IMG/VR virus record: IMGVR_UViG_3300021446_000040
DNA from: an uncultured virus (IMG/VR IMGVR_UViG_3300021446_000040)
Lineage: Duplodnaviria > Heunggongvirae > Uroviricota > Caudoviricetes
DNA: 64,000 nt
Reading direction: 5' to 3' (one strand)
Shown here: piece by piece, positions 38,520 through 48,015 of the stretch
How the letters are laid out: every line of letters starts with the position of its first letter
Position numbering within the stretch: the first letter of the stretch is position 1
The notes under the pieces: model-generated
What the model was told of the DNA's origin: nothing
The model's input: the letters and a program-made list of their open reading frames with translations, nothing else
Databases searched by the model: none
Position numbers and translations under genes: made by a program

Positions 38520-39887
38520 CTAAAAGGCCGGGAAGTCACCGGGGAACGCACGGAACGGAACCTGGCTTTGGGCGCGCAAGAACCCAAGTTCCGGCTGTGG
38601 TACATCCAGGCCTTCAGGGTAGACGACCATGCCGATAGCGTCTTGGGAATGACCTGCGTACAGCAGGGCTTGGCTAACGCTTTCGCGCAAGACGCTTTCA
38701 GCGTCGTCTTCAGCTTCGATCATTAACACGCCTAAGTTAGTGTCAACTACTATGTCGGGTTCGCGGCCGCTTTTCAAGCGCGGTTCGATTAGCACACTGT
38801 CAGACCCGTACCGTTCTTCAAACGCCGCCGCGACCTGGTTAATCAGCGCGCGGTCGCTTGGCGGTCGCATATCGCCAGGTGCTTCGTCGTCGCCTTCGTC
38901 GCCTTCAGGCGAATCGCCTGGCGATTCACCCGGATCACCGGGTTCGTTTGGCATATCGCCGCGTTCGGGCGCGGCCAGCGCGGTCACACCTAACTGTTCT
39001 TCGATGTTACCCACTTTGTCGCAAATCGAAACGCGCTGTGATCCACTAAAGACGTGTCCGATCAAGCTTGGCCGGCCGCTGTCCGGGTTCGTAAGCAACG
39101 GCGCGCCGCTATCGCCGCCTTTGCTTTGTGCGGTCGTTACAAGCACGTCGCGCCGCCGGACGTTTTCGTGGGCGTCGCCATAGCTTACGTCGATTGTAGC
39201 GTTAGACGCGGCCACACGTCCGTCTGTCAGCCCTGTAGTCCGGCCGGTCTTTTGCACTGGCGTACCGCGTCCTACGTCGCCGCCCACATTCATCGGACCG
39301 ACGCCATGCGGTAGATATGCCCTTTGGCTTCGGCGTTCACTTTCGCTTACAGACCGTGCGGCCGCGTCAGCCGGCGATCCATCTTCTAACAGCGACCCGC
39401 CTACGTATTCGCCCACAGTGCCGTTAGAATCCCCATCCATAGGCGACGGCTGTACGATCGGTTCGCCGACTTCAGCGTTTTCAGAACGTCCGTACACGTG
39501 CTGATTCGAAACGCGAACCACCTGGCCGGCGTCAGCGTTCAAGCCGATTTCAGCGGCGCTTGGGTCGGTCACACGCGCCATGAAGCCGGCGGTCGCCGCG
39601 CCGCCTTCGGCGTTCATTTCCGAAACGCCAGGTCGCGGCGGACGATAGCGCCGGCGCGGGCTTTCAAGCCGCGCGCGCACGTCGTTGCCAAGCGCGCTAA
39701 CGTCGTTGACTTCAACCACGTCGGTATCAGCGTCGATCCGTTCGCGCGCCAGTTTGCCCGACTTGATTTCATCTTCAGGTAGCTTTTCTTCGACTAAGAC
39801 CACAACCTGTTCATCTTCGGCGCTTACGCCCCGCACACCGGCGTCTTTCAGGATAAATTCGTAGTTGCGCGTGCTTCCACAGGACAT
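38520..39887 (-). CDS. Trypsin-like (Nal1-type) serine protease fused to a PD-(D/E)XK-like domain
   Basis: SNQHV, ADAA, KTGRTTGLTDG and GDSGA; acidic Pro/Gly linker; C-terminal SGREPDIVV..MIEAE..VSQALLYA. Confidence 0.8.
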   Translation of the reverse strand: MSCGSTRNYEFILKDAGVRGVSAEDEQVVVLVEEKLPEDEIKSGKLARERIDADTDVVEVNDVSALGNDVRARLESPRRRYRPPRPGVSEMNAEGGAATAGFMARVTDPSAAEIGLNADAGQVVRVSNQHVYGRSENAEVGEPIVQPSPMDGDSNGTVGEYVGGSLLEDGSPADAAARSVSESERRSQRAYLPHGVGPMNVGGDVGRGTPVQKTGRTTGLTDGRVAASNATIDVSYGDAHENVRRRDVLVTTAQSKGGDSGAPLLTNPDSGRPSLIGHVFSGSQRVSICDKVGNIEEQLGVTALAAPERGDMPNEPGDPGESPGDSPEGDEGDDEAPGDMRPPSDRALINQVAAAFEERYGSDSVLIEPRLKSGREPDIVVDTNLGVLMIEAEDDAESVLRESVSQALLYAGHSQDAIGMVVYPEGLDVPQPELGFLRAQSQVPFRAFPGDFPAF

Positions 39888-39909
39888 ATACTATATACGA
39901 CGCCCGCTT

Positions 39910-40116
39910 CTATAAAATTACGGCAAAAACACCTTTGTACCCGACAGCGCCAGTATACGCAAGAAAAAGCAACCAGCCGATGAAAAAGAAGGCGGCTTTT
40001 CCGTAATTGTCGCGCTTTACTGCGGTTAGAATCCACAGAACTAACGCCGTGCTGTGAACTATTATTACGGTTACAAGAACGAACCCGGCCACTGTAGCAA
40101 CCACGCCGGAAGTCAT
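39910..40116 (-). CDS. Small 2-TM protein (tandem array)
   Basis: Hydrophobic hairpin; ATGA overlap. Confidence 0.65.
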   Translation of the reverse strand: MTSGVVATVAGFVLVTVIIVHSTALVLWILTAVKRDNYGKAAFFFIGWLLFLAYTGAVGYKGVFAVIL

Positions 40117-40316
40117 ATTACCCCTTCCGTGCGAAGCACTAACAGGATAACTTTACCGGACACATACGAAATTACAAGCGTAGCGCTGATAATCTTGATC
40201 CAGATTCGATGTTCTGCGGTCGTTCTTTTCATAGCTTCAGCTATGGCAACGACTAAAAGAAGGATTCCTACAAAAAACGCGAAGCCGATCGCCAAAGCAA
40301 CCAGTTCTGAAATCAT
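40113..40316 (-). CDS. Small 2-TM protein (tandem array)
   Basis: Hydrophobic hairpin; ATGA overlap. Confidence 0.65.
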   Translation of the reverse strand: MISELVALAIGFAFFVGILLLVVAIAEAMKRTTAEHRIWIKIISATLVISYVSGKVILLVLRTEGVI

Positions 40317-40531
40317 TGTATTGCCCCCGCGTCGCGTAGCGCGATTAGTACGATTTTACCCATGAACCACAGGGCAAAGACACAGGCACAAGTGACATAC
40401 AGGTAAACCACCTGGCGATCGGTAAGCACGTCCCTGGCTGTCATTGCAAATTGTACGACGGCCAGCATGAACACACAGCTAAATTCAACGATTAGCACGC
40501 CCATAAGAATCGCCGCGAAAGGTTCGATCAT
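40313..40531 (-). CDS. Small 2-TM protein (tandem array)
   Basis: MIEPFAA..TDRQV..MG..V...AGA. Confidence 0.65.
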   Translation of the reverse strand: MIEPFAAILMGVLIVEFSCVFMLAVVQFAMTARDVLTDRQVVYLYVTCACVFALWFMGKIVLIALRDAGAIQ

Positions 40532-40749
40532 ATTGCACCCGCCGCTGTTAGTATGACCATGCCGGTCGCGTAGCAAATCAGTATTGCTACGACCGCGACA
40601 GTTGACCAAAACACCTGTTTGGCCGATGCTTTATCTTTCACGTAGTCCATGACAGTAAAAGCGGCAACCCCGCCTGTAATTAAGCCGGCCCACAGCAAAA
40701 ACCCGACAGCAACGGCCAGCGCGCCCACTAAAATACTGTTTAGAATCAT
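40528..40749 (-). CDS. Small 2-TM protein (tandem array)
   Basis: YVKDKASAKQVFW..ICYATG. Confidence 0.65.
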   Translation of the reverse strand: MILNSILVGALAVAVGFLLWAGLITGGVAAFTVMDYVKDKASAKQVFWSTVAVVAILICYATGMVILTAAGAI

Positions 40750-40964
40750 GGGCTTGCACCCGCCCTTATTAGAATGGTCGCCCCGGTCATGTAACAGATA
40801 ACCAGGGCCAGGATAAGAACGGTTCCCCAAAATGCCTGTCTGTCCGTCGCTTTATCATTCAGGTAGCTAACGCCCTTCATAAACGCGAAAGCGGCTACAA
40901 TCAACCCGAACCACACAACGAAACCAGTGCCTATAGCCGCCGCGCCGAAAGCAAAGGCGTTCAT
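40746..40964 (-). CDS. Small 2-TM protein (tandem array)
   Basis: YLNDKATDRQAFW..ICYMTG. Confidence 0.65.
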   Translation of the reverse strand: MNAFAFGAAAIGTGFVVWFGLIVAAFAFMKGVSYLNDKATDRQAFWGTVLILALVICYMTGATILIRAGASP

Positions 40965-41197
40965 AGGTTTTCAGCCGCCCATGCGATAGCGTCCGCGCCT
41001 ATCGACTGTGCCGACCACAGCACTACGACTATAACGATCAACCAAAAGAAATCTTCGCGGTGATCCGAAAACGTCTGACTGTGTTCGGCCAGCAGGTCTA
41101 CCAGTTCCGCGAACAGCAGTCCGCCGGCACAAACTGCGGCCAGCACGCCGATGCCAGCGGCCAGGTTCAACGCCGTCTGTACGAAGCCGCCGATCAT
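40961..41197 (-). CDS. Small 2-TM protein (tandem array)
   Basis: Hydrophobic hairpin; ATGA overlap. Confidence 0.65.
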   Translation of the reverse strand: MIGGFVQTALNLAAGIGVLAAVCAGGLLFAELVDLLAEHSQTFSDHREDFFWLIVIVVVLWSAQSIGADAIAWAAENL

Positions 41198-41436
41198 GGC
41201 ACAGCCCCCGAAGCGACCGCGTTAGCTATATCAAGCGTTAGCTGTCCCATGAACCAGGCGCAAATCAGGCCGAATACAAGCGCGCCGAACAGGACAGGGT
41301 AATCCAGCAGGGTTCTGTATTTCATCGGAACGCGGCTTTCAGCCATGATCAACAGTTCACCGGCTAAGACGCCCAAGGCAACGATTATTCCGATTACCAG
41401 GAACCCCAAGACGACCGTTAGAAGCGCCTGGATCAT
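41194..41436 (-). CDS. Small 2-TM protein (tandem array)
   Basis: Hydrophobic hairpin; ATGA overlap. Confidence 0.65.
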   Translation of the reverse strand: MIQALLTVVLGFLVIGIIVALGVLAGELLIMAESRVPMKYRTLLDYPVLFGALVFGLICAWFMGQLTLDIANAVASGAVP

Positions 41437-41807
41437 GCTAATACGTCCCCCGGTAGTACCGGATCGGCTTCGTCTACCGTCCTGCCTTCTTCGGCGTCAA
41501 ACATTACGTCGCCGTCTACGATTGCACCGGGACACCGAACTGCGTCGAACGGGCCAGCGTTCGCGTATTCTTGGATCGCCGAATGAAGCGCGGTACAGGT
41601 GATATACACCCGCGCGCCCTTTTGTGTGACCGCTCTTGTGTCGTCCGTTTCTTCGTCCGTCGGCGACAGGCAGAAAAACCCGGTTTGCGGGTCTTTCAGC
41701 AACAGCACGCGGTCGGGGAAGGGAAACGGCATTTCGTGCCAAGCGCGCACAACTGCCGGTGAAAGCGATACACTGCCTTTCGTATTCGTAGCCGTAACGT
41801 ATGCCAT
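41433..41807 (-). CDS. Hypothetical protein (possible AbrB-like fold)
   Basis: TNTKGSVSLSP..TQKGARVYIT pattern; heads the membrane-protein operon. Confidence 0.45.
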   Translation of the reverse strand: MAYVTATNTKGSVSLSPAVVRAWHEMPFPFPDRVLLLKDPQTGFFCLSPTDEETDDTRAVTQKGARVYITCTALHSAIQEYANAGPFDAVRCPGAIVDGDVMFDAEEGRTVDEADPVLPGDVLA

Positions 41808-41849
41808 ATTTACTATCTGCGTCGAACGGTAATAACTGTTTTGTCTGTG

Positions 41850-43730
41850 CTATTCGCTATCCAGTTCGTCCGCTAACAGCCCGGCCGCGTCGCGTTCGTC
41901 GTCCGTCAGCGGTTTGCCTTCGGCGGCTTTGCGTAGCAGGTTCGCCGCGAAGCCCTTTGCATCTTCGTCGCTAACAAAGTGGTGTAGCGCTTTTTCAGCG
42001 CGTTCTTCGTCGTCCGTGCTGTCCTGTTCGTCGCTATCGTCGCCGACTTCAGCGCCGCCGTCAGCGGCCAGGTCGGACTGTTCTATTTCCGCGTCGCCGT
42101 CCGGCCCGAAGCCGCCGTAATAGTCGTTCATAACGGCGCGTCGTTCGGTGTAGGCGTCGCCAAAAGACATTCCTTCGTCGCGCACGTCAACGATTAGCGC
42201 GTCGTCGCCGTTCGTGGGGCGAAGCGCGCGCCCGATAGTCTGGATCACTTCAACTGCCGACTTTCCGCCGTGTGCCAGGATAATAGCGTTAACATCGGGA
42301 ATGTCAACGCCTTCTTTCAGCAACGTGGAAACCACTACGTCGATTTCACCGTCAGCGAACGCGGCCAGCTTTTCGTCGCGGTCAACCGTATCGGACGTAA
42401 CGACTTCAGCCGTAACGTCACTGTCCCGCCCGGCGATCTTTTCGACTATGAAATGCGCTTGGTCAATCCGGTTGACGTTAACGATCGTTCGGCGACCGAC
42501 CTGGCTAAGACCGACTGCCTTTTTCGCTATCGCGTCGTTGCGCGCGTCGCTGTGTTCAATACAGCGCTTGTAGGCGTCGTGATATTCTTCCGCGCGACCG
42601 TTGCGGGTCGGGCCGTCGTGTTCGATCGTTTCGAAGCGCGGACGGGCCAGGTAGCCCTGCCGGATCATGTATTCCGCGCCGCGCGAATAGATCACAGGGC
42701 CGATCGCCCCGTTGATCCAGATTTCTTCAGGTTCGTTGCGCCGCCAGGGGGTTGCTGAAAGACCCAAGCGGAACGCCGACGGGAACAGTTGACCGACGCG
42801 GTGCATCGTATCGGCGACTGAAGTGCGGTGTGCTTCGTCGTAGATCGCCATGCCGTATTCGGCAGGCGACAGCGGCGCGTCGCCGTCAGCGCCGGACGTG
42901 CCTTTGCTCACAAGCGACTGCATGATAGCGACCGTAACTTGGTCGCCTTCGCGCCATTCGCCGTCGCCGATAATGCCGGGTTCGACGCCCAACAGGTCGC
43001 GGATTTCATCGGCCCACTGGTACAAAAGTTCGCGCGTATGCACGAACACCATAGTCTTGCGACCGACCTGCCGAATCGCGTGTAGCGCCGTGACAGTTTT
43101 GCCCGTGCCAGTAGGCAGTTCGATCACACCCGTCTGTTCTTCGGCGATCTTGTGGGCGGCTTCGTTCTGGTAGTCGCGTAGTTCTTCTTCAAAGTGCCAG
43201 GACACGTCTATCGCGTCGCCTTTAAGACCGGATTCGGGGCCGGCCAGCGTAACGTCGAAGCCTTCCGCTTCAAGAATCGCGGCCGCGCGGTCAACCAGGC
43301 CAAGGGGCGCGGTTCCCTGCCGGCGGTCTACGACGTGTTCGACTTCAGGGATTGACGGGTCAAATTCGGCGTCGGGATTTTCGTAGCTGAAGAAGTTATC
43401 CAGCACGCCGATCGCCCGACCGCCGTCAATGTGAAACACGTTTTCGGCAGGGTCGCGCCGAAGCGTGACTTCAGGGCCGCTATCGTCCGAAGCGCTGTTT
43501 AGGTAAAATTCGTCCTGTTGACTGCCGGTAGCGCGCCGGACCTGTTTCAGCGATTCTTCGCTGATTTCAACAGCCCATGCAAAGTCGTCTAAGCCGTCGT
43601 AGTCGCCAGGGTAGCAGGGTTCGTAGTGAACGACGCCCCATTCGGTGCCTTTGATCACCGACTTATCGACGCCAGTGATCGCCAGCTTTTCGCCGTATTC
43701 CGTGTCAACGGTCGTCGTTTCGTAGCTCAT
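41850..43730 (-). CDS. Superfamily 2 helicase (Rad25/UvsW-like)
   Basis: LRDYQ, PTGTGKT, YDEAH, LSATP, EGVDIP and QTIGRALR motifs. Confidence 0.92.
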   Translation of the reverse strand: MSYETTTVDTEYGEKLAITGVDKSVIKGTEWGVVHYEPCYPGDYDGLDDFAWAVEISEESLKQVRRATGSQQDEFYLNSASDDSGPEVTLRRDPAENVFHIDGGRAIGVLDNFFSYENPDAEFDPSIPEVEHVVDRRQGTAPLGLVDRAAAILEAEGFDVTLAGPESGLKGDAIDVSWHFEEELRDYQNEAAHKIAEEQTGVIELPTGTGKTVTALHAIRQVGRKTMVFVHTRELLYQWADEIRDLLGVEPGIIGDGEWREGDQVTVAIMQSLVSKGTSGADGDAPLSPAEYGMAIYDEAHRTSVADTMHRVGQLFPSAFRLGLSATPWRRNEPEEIWINGAIGPVIYSRGAEYMIRQGYLARPRFETIEHDGPTRNGRAEEYHDAYKRCIEHSDARNDAIAKKAVGLSQVGRRTIVNVNRIDQAHFIVEKIAGRDSDVTAEVVTSDTVDRDEKLAAFADGEIDVVVSTLLKEGVDIPDVNAIILAHGGKSAVEVIQTIGRALRPTNGDDALIVDVRDEGMSFGDAYTERRAVMNDYYGGFGPDGDAEIEQSDLAADGGAEVGDDSDEQDSTDDEERAEKALHHFVSDEDAKGFAANLLRKAAEGKPLTDDERDAAGLLADELDSE

Positions 43731-43804
43731 GGTTTGTCCGGGGTTCGTCGCCCCGTGATTAACACGAATACCCGGATACGTATAAACCCATCGTCTTAGG
43801 GTAG

Positions 43805-44047
43805 TCAACCCCAATTCGATTCATTCAGCAAAAACACGAAATAGAAGAACTTACCGACTACATACGGCAGGACGGCTATAACTATCGTAAGCGCCGCGCC
43901 TGCATGAATCGATACGTGAAACACGTTAGAAATTACCATGGATACGATACCGAAACAGGCCAACAGGATAGCGCCGATGAACCAGCACACTACGCCGTCA
44001 ACCTGTACGCTGTCATCATTCCAAATAAATTCATCTTCTTCGGTCAT
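43805..44047 (-). CDS. Small membrane protein
   Basis: Two hydrophobic segments. Confidence 0.6.
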   Translation of the reverse strand: MTEEDEFIWNDDSVQVDGVVCWFIGAILLACFGIVSMVISNVFHVSIHAGAALTIVIAVLPYVVGKFFYFVFLLNESNWG

Positions 44048-44688
44048 GCTGTCACCGCGTCAGCGATCCGCCGCGCTTTCTTTTGACCTATGCCATTAAC
44101 GTTCGTTAGCTTTTCTGGTTCGGCGTGTGCAACGCGGAACACACCGCCGGCGCTAACGAAATGATCCAGCAGGCGCGACGCCAGTTCCGGGCCGACTGCC
44201 GGCAGGCCTTCAACCAGGTAGCGCGGGCGCTTTTCCGGCGGCACGTCCGGCGCGTCGCGGATACTGGCCGGCGAAGCTTTGTCGTTGCGATATTCGTTCG
44301 CGCGCTTGTCAACGACGTAGGCGGTCATTTCCTTGTCGAACGTCGGCAGGACTTCTATACCCATGCGCGGGACGGCTTCAATCGCGCCGATCACCGCTTT
44401 ATCGCTTATGTTGCGCATGGCCATGGTTTCTTTCCACCCGCCTTCAAGAATCAGCACGGGCTTCAGGTCGTTTTCTTCGCACGCGCTATACAGCGCGCCA
44501 AGTTGTGACCATATGCTGTTTTCGTTCTGCGTCAGCCGATCCACAAAGTCCGGGTAGCGCTTCCGTTCTATCAGGTATTCGCCGGCCAGGAAATCGCCAG
44601 CGCCTAACTTGTCGCGTTCGTAGTCGTCGCCGCTTTCAGCGAACGCGGCCGCGTGCATTTCCGGCGGTTCACGGGTATCTATGATCAT
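44044..44688 (-). CDS. ERCC4/XPF-family nuclease with HhH motifs
   Basis: IDTRE, GDF, IERKRYPD, LILEG, GLPAVGP and VNGIG motifs. Confidence 0.92.
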   Translation of the reverse strand: MIIDTREPPEMHAAAFAESGDDYERDKLGAGDFLAGEYLIERKRYPDFVDRLTQNENSIWSQLGALYSACEENDLKPVLILEGGWKETMAMRNISDKAVIGAIEAVPRMGIEVLPTFDKEMTAYVVDKRANEYRNDKASPASIRDAPDVPPEKRPRYLVEGLPAVGPELASRLLDHFVSAGGVFRVAHAEPEKLTNVNGIGQKKARRIADAVTA

Positions 44689-44818
44689 GTGTCGCCCCGC
44701 TGTTCGCTTGGCTTTAGCCAGGCTTCCCGTTCGTTGTAGACGTGCGGTAGCAGGCCGGCGATTCGGACAGTAGGTTTGTCACCCATACCGAACGCGACGA
44801 CCGGGAAGAATAAAAGCG

Positions 44819-47616
44819 TTACGCGAAGGCCAGCAGTTCGGCCTGATTCGTCGCGTTCGGATTTAGATTAACCTGTTCGATCGCCTTCGTAAAGTAGTTT
44901 TGCCATATGTACGACCGGCTTTCCGGGGTAAAGGAAAAGGTGTCAACGCCCGCGCCTGGTACGCTTTGGGCCGCGCCATAGTCGGTATCTATTTCACCGT
45001 CCTTGTAGGCACGCCAGGGTAGGGGTTCGTCCCGGTAGACCGGATGAATCACGCTTTCGCGCCCCGTATCGAACTTGATGTATGGCACTTTGTCGCCGCG
45101 ACCAAGCTTCGCGCCGTCGATGTACCCGGCTTCGACCGCCGCGTTATACATCTTCGCGGCCCTGGCGTGCGCGGTATGGTTCGAATACGTATCACAGCTA
45201 CAGTCGTCGCGGTCACACACGCATGACAGCCGTTTTCGAAGCGACGCACGCTTTACCAGGTCGCCGTCGCGGTCGCCGTCTAACACGGCGTCGCGTTCGT
45301 CTAAGATAATCGGCGCGGTCGGTTCATCTTCTAACAGCGCTTCGACCAAGCGCGCTTGTAGCTTCGACGCGCCCTTTAGCGTGTCCGACTTCTTGCACTT
45401 CAGGCCTACTACCTTGTGTTCGTCCGTTGACTTTCCATCTTCCCAAACTTTCTTTACTGCATACGACTTTTTCTTATCGGTCTGAATGAACCGCGACGCG
45501 ACATAATCTACGTCCAGTTCTATGAACGATTCGTCGCCGTTCATTTTAAAGCCGACAAGGTGCTTGATATGCCGATTCAGACTGTCTACGACGGCTTCCG
45601 CCGCGTCCGCCGCGACTTTGGCGCTGTCGTAGTCGTCCTTCAGGCTGATAAAGACGCTATCAGTGTCGCCGCCGATCACTTGGTCTACAGCGTCTATTTC
45701 GTTTTCAACGAACCGCCGGCTTTCGCGGATTAGGTACTGGCCGGTTTCGGTAATGTGTTCGGACATACCAGGGACGTAATAGCGGTGCAATGGCGACGCG
45801 ACCACGCCGAACGACGAATTATACAGGGACTTGATACCCATATACATAGCCGCCGCGACTTTCTTTTCAGGCGTGCCGTTTTCCGCCGCGTTCCGGCGAT
45901 CTTTAAATTCTTGTGCCAAATCTTCCAAGTCCGACGTAGCATCGGCCAGTATGCCCCGTTCGTAATCTGGATGCAAGAATCCGCCGCGCGCGTCGCCGTC
46001 CTTTTCAGGGTCGAAGCGGCTGTTAACACCTTCGATAAACGGCTGTTCCGTGTTCGCCCAATAGTCGCCAGGTCCGTCAGCCGTCTTGTTAACGTCTAAC
46101 AGCTTCGGTTTCGTTATGATTTCCCGGTCGTCCAAATAGTCGCCGACTTCTTCTTTCAGCCCTTCGTACCCGTCCGTATCAACCCAAGTGTTTTCGCCCA
46201 TGTTTAGCGCCTGAATGATGCTTGGATACATCGAACTGAAGTCAGCGACGAACACCCATTCATGCGTTCCCGGCGTCGTTTCGAACACGTNNNNNNNNNN
46301 NNNNNNNNNNNNNNNNNNNNNNNNNNNNNNNNNNNNNNNNNNNNNNNNNNNNNNNNNNNNNNNNNNNNNNNNNNNNNNNNNNNNNNNNNNCTGAAGTCAG
46401 CGACGAACACCCATTCATGCGTTCCCGGCGTCGTTTCGAACACGTAGCCGCCCGGAAATTCGCCAGTGTCGCGGTAGCGCCCGCGATCGGGAAACACGTA
46501 GCCCTGTTCGTTCGCGCGGCGCAAGATCACACCGTCAACAGCCTTTCCGACCGCGACGCGCGGATAGCCGTTGCTGTCGTAGGTGATCGTAGACATTCGC
46601 GTATGCCCCTGTTTGCACACGCGCGCGGTCGTTTCGACAAGTAGGTACTGTTCCGAAATGCGGCGCGTTAAGTCCGCGTCCTGTAGGTTATACGACTTCA
46701 GGCGTTCGGGGTCATTATTCCACCATTCGCGTAGTTGCTTGTACGATTCGCTTTCATCCATATCCTTCGAATCGCCTAATTCGTGTTCGGCGACCGAATC
46801 CAGGCCATAGCTGTCTAATTGGTCGCGCTTGAACGACCGGAACAGCCCCATGGCGTCGAAATGGATCAAGCCAAATTCCGGCCAGGTAAAACCCGAAACC
46901 CGGTCACTTTCTTCAAGCCGGTTTTTCAGGTACGGCAGATCGAACGATTCGCTATTCCACCCGACAAGCACAAAGTAGTTTTCCAACAGACCGCCGTCGG
47001 AACGATCGGCCGGGTTCCCTATCAGTTCGGTATAGATTTCCTGTTCCGTGCCAGTGATGAAAAATTCGTTGCCTTCGCCGTCAACCGCCGCGAAGGAAAG
47101 GATTTGCGCGTCCGCGTCGTCCGGTTCGGGGAAGCCGTCGGTCGGGTCTACTTCTATGTCAAAGTATAGCACGTCCCCCGGATCGGGCGTATCCAGTTCA
47201 AGTAGGTCCGGGCGATCGATTAAGACGCGCCTGGCATAAGGCACGTCAGCCTGGTAGGTTTCCGGCACTATGTCAGCGTCGCTTTGCGGCATATCGGCCA
47301 GGTCGTCCCGAAGGTCGTCCAATTCGTTGCGAAAGCTACCGATCGTTCCGGGCGCTTCGGCTTCTACTTTCACGAAACCGTCCGGCGCATTATCGTAGTC
47401 CGGGTTCGTCCAAGCTTCCCACAGTTCGGTCTTGGACGTATCCAGTTCGCCCCATGGAATGTTATCAAAGTCGCCGACTTCCATGTAGAAGTACGGGTTG
47501 AACGGCGCTTTGAACTGTTTGCGCCGCTTTTCGCCGTTTTCTTTCATTAACAGTTCTACGTATAGTGGATCGTCCGTATTGTCGAACCCGTATTGCAGGT
47601 CGTACACGCGGGACAT
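44819..47616 (-). CDS. polB: Family B DNA polymerase (one gene split by an assembly gap)
   Basis: Exonuclease motifs YFDIE, GWNSESFD, YNLQD; polymerase motifs DFSSMYPS, KSLYNSSFG, GGDTDS; 55 bp duplicated on both sides of the N gap. Confidence 0.93.
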
Positions 47617-47673
47617 TACAGCCCGGCGCTTTGCCCCCCAAAGACTAAAGCGTTGCGTACCGCATTAGTAAGC

Positions 47674-48009
47674 GTGACAAGCGATACAGCAATCTTGGAC
47701 GAAGCAAAGCAAATCGTCAACGAACGCGAAAGCATGAACGGGCCGGCGATCCAAAGCATGACTACGATTCGCCAACTGTGGAATGTCTACCTTGGCGAAG
47801 CGTATCCCGACATTACGACGCGCCAAGCGGCGGTCATGCTTGCACTGCTGAAAGTCGGCCGGCACACGCACGGGGATAACGGTATAGACGACGCGCGCGA
47901 CATTGCCGGCTACGCAGAACTGGCCGCGCGGGTCGAAGAAGAACCAGGCGATCACACCTGTTGCGACTGCTGTATCAACGACGAAACGGGGCCGGTTAAC
48001 AAGTTTTAG
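47674..48009 (+). CDS. DUF6378-like phage protein
   Basis: ILDEAKQIV..ER...G....I..LW..YL...A.ML.LLKV.R....D...DIAGYA. Confidence 0.7.
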   Translation: MTSDTAILDEAKQIVNERESMNGPAIQSMTTIRQLWNVYLGEAYPDITTRQAAVMLALLKVGRHTHGDNGIDDARDIAGYAELAARVEEEPGDHTCCDCCINDETGPVNKF

Positions 48010-48015
48010 ACGCCG

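Noticed and set aside
46236..46445. Split PolB, or a direct repeat/intein at motif A
   Set aside because: The same 55 bp flank the 100-N gap, as expected for a scaffolding overlap; merging them restores one frame. No intein sequence is visible.
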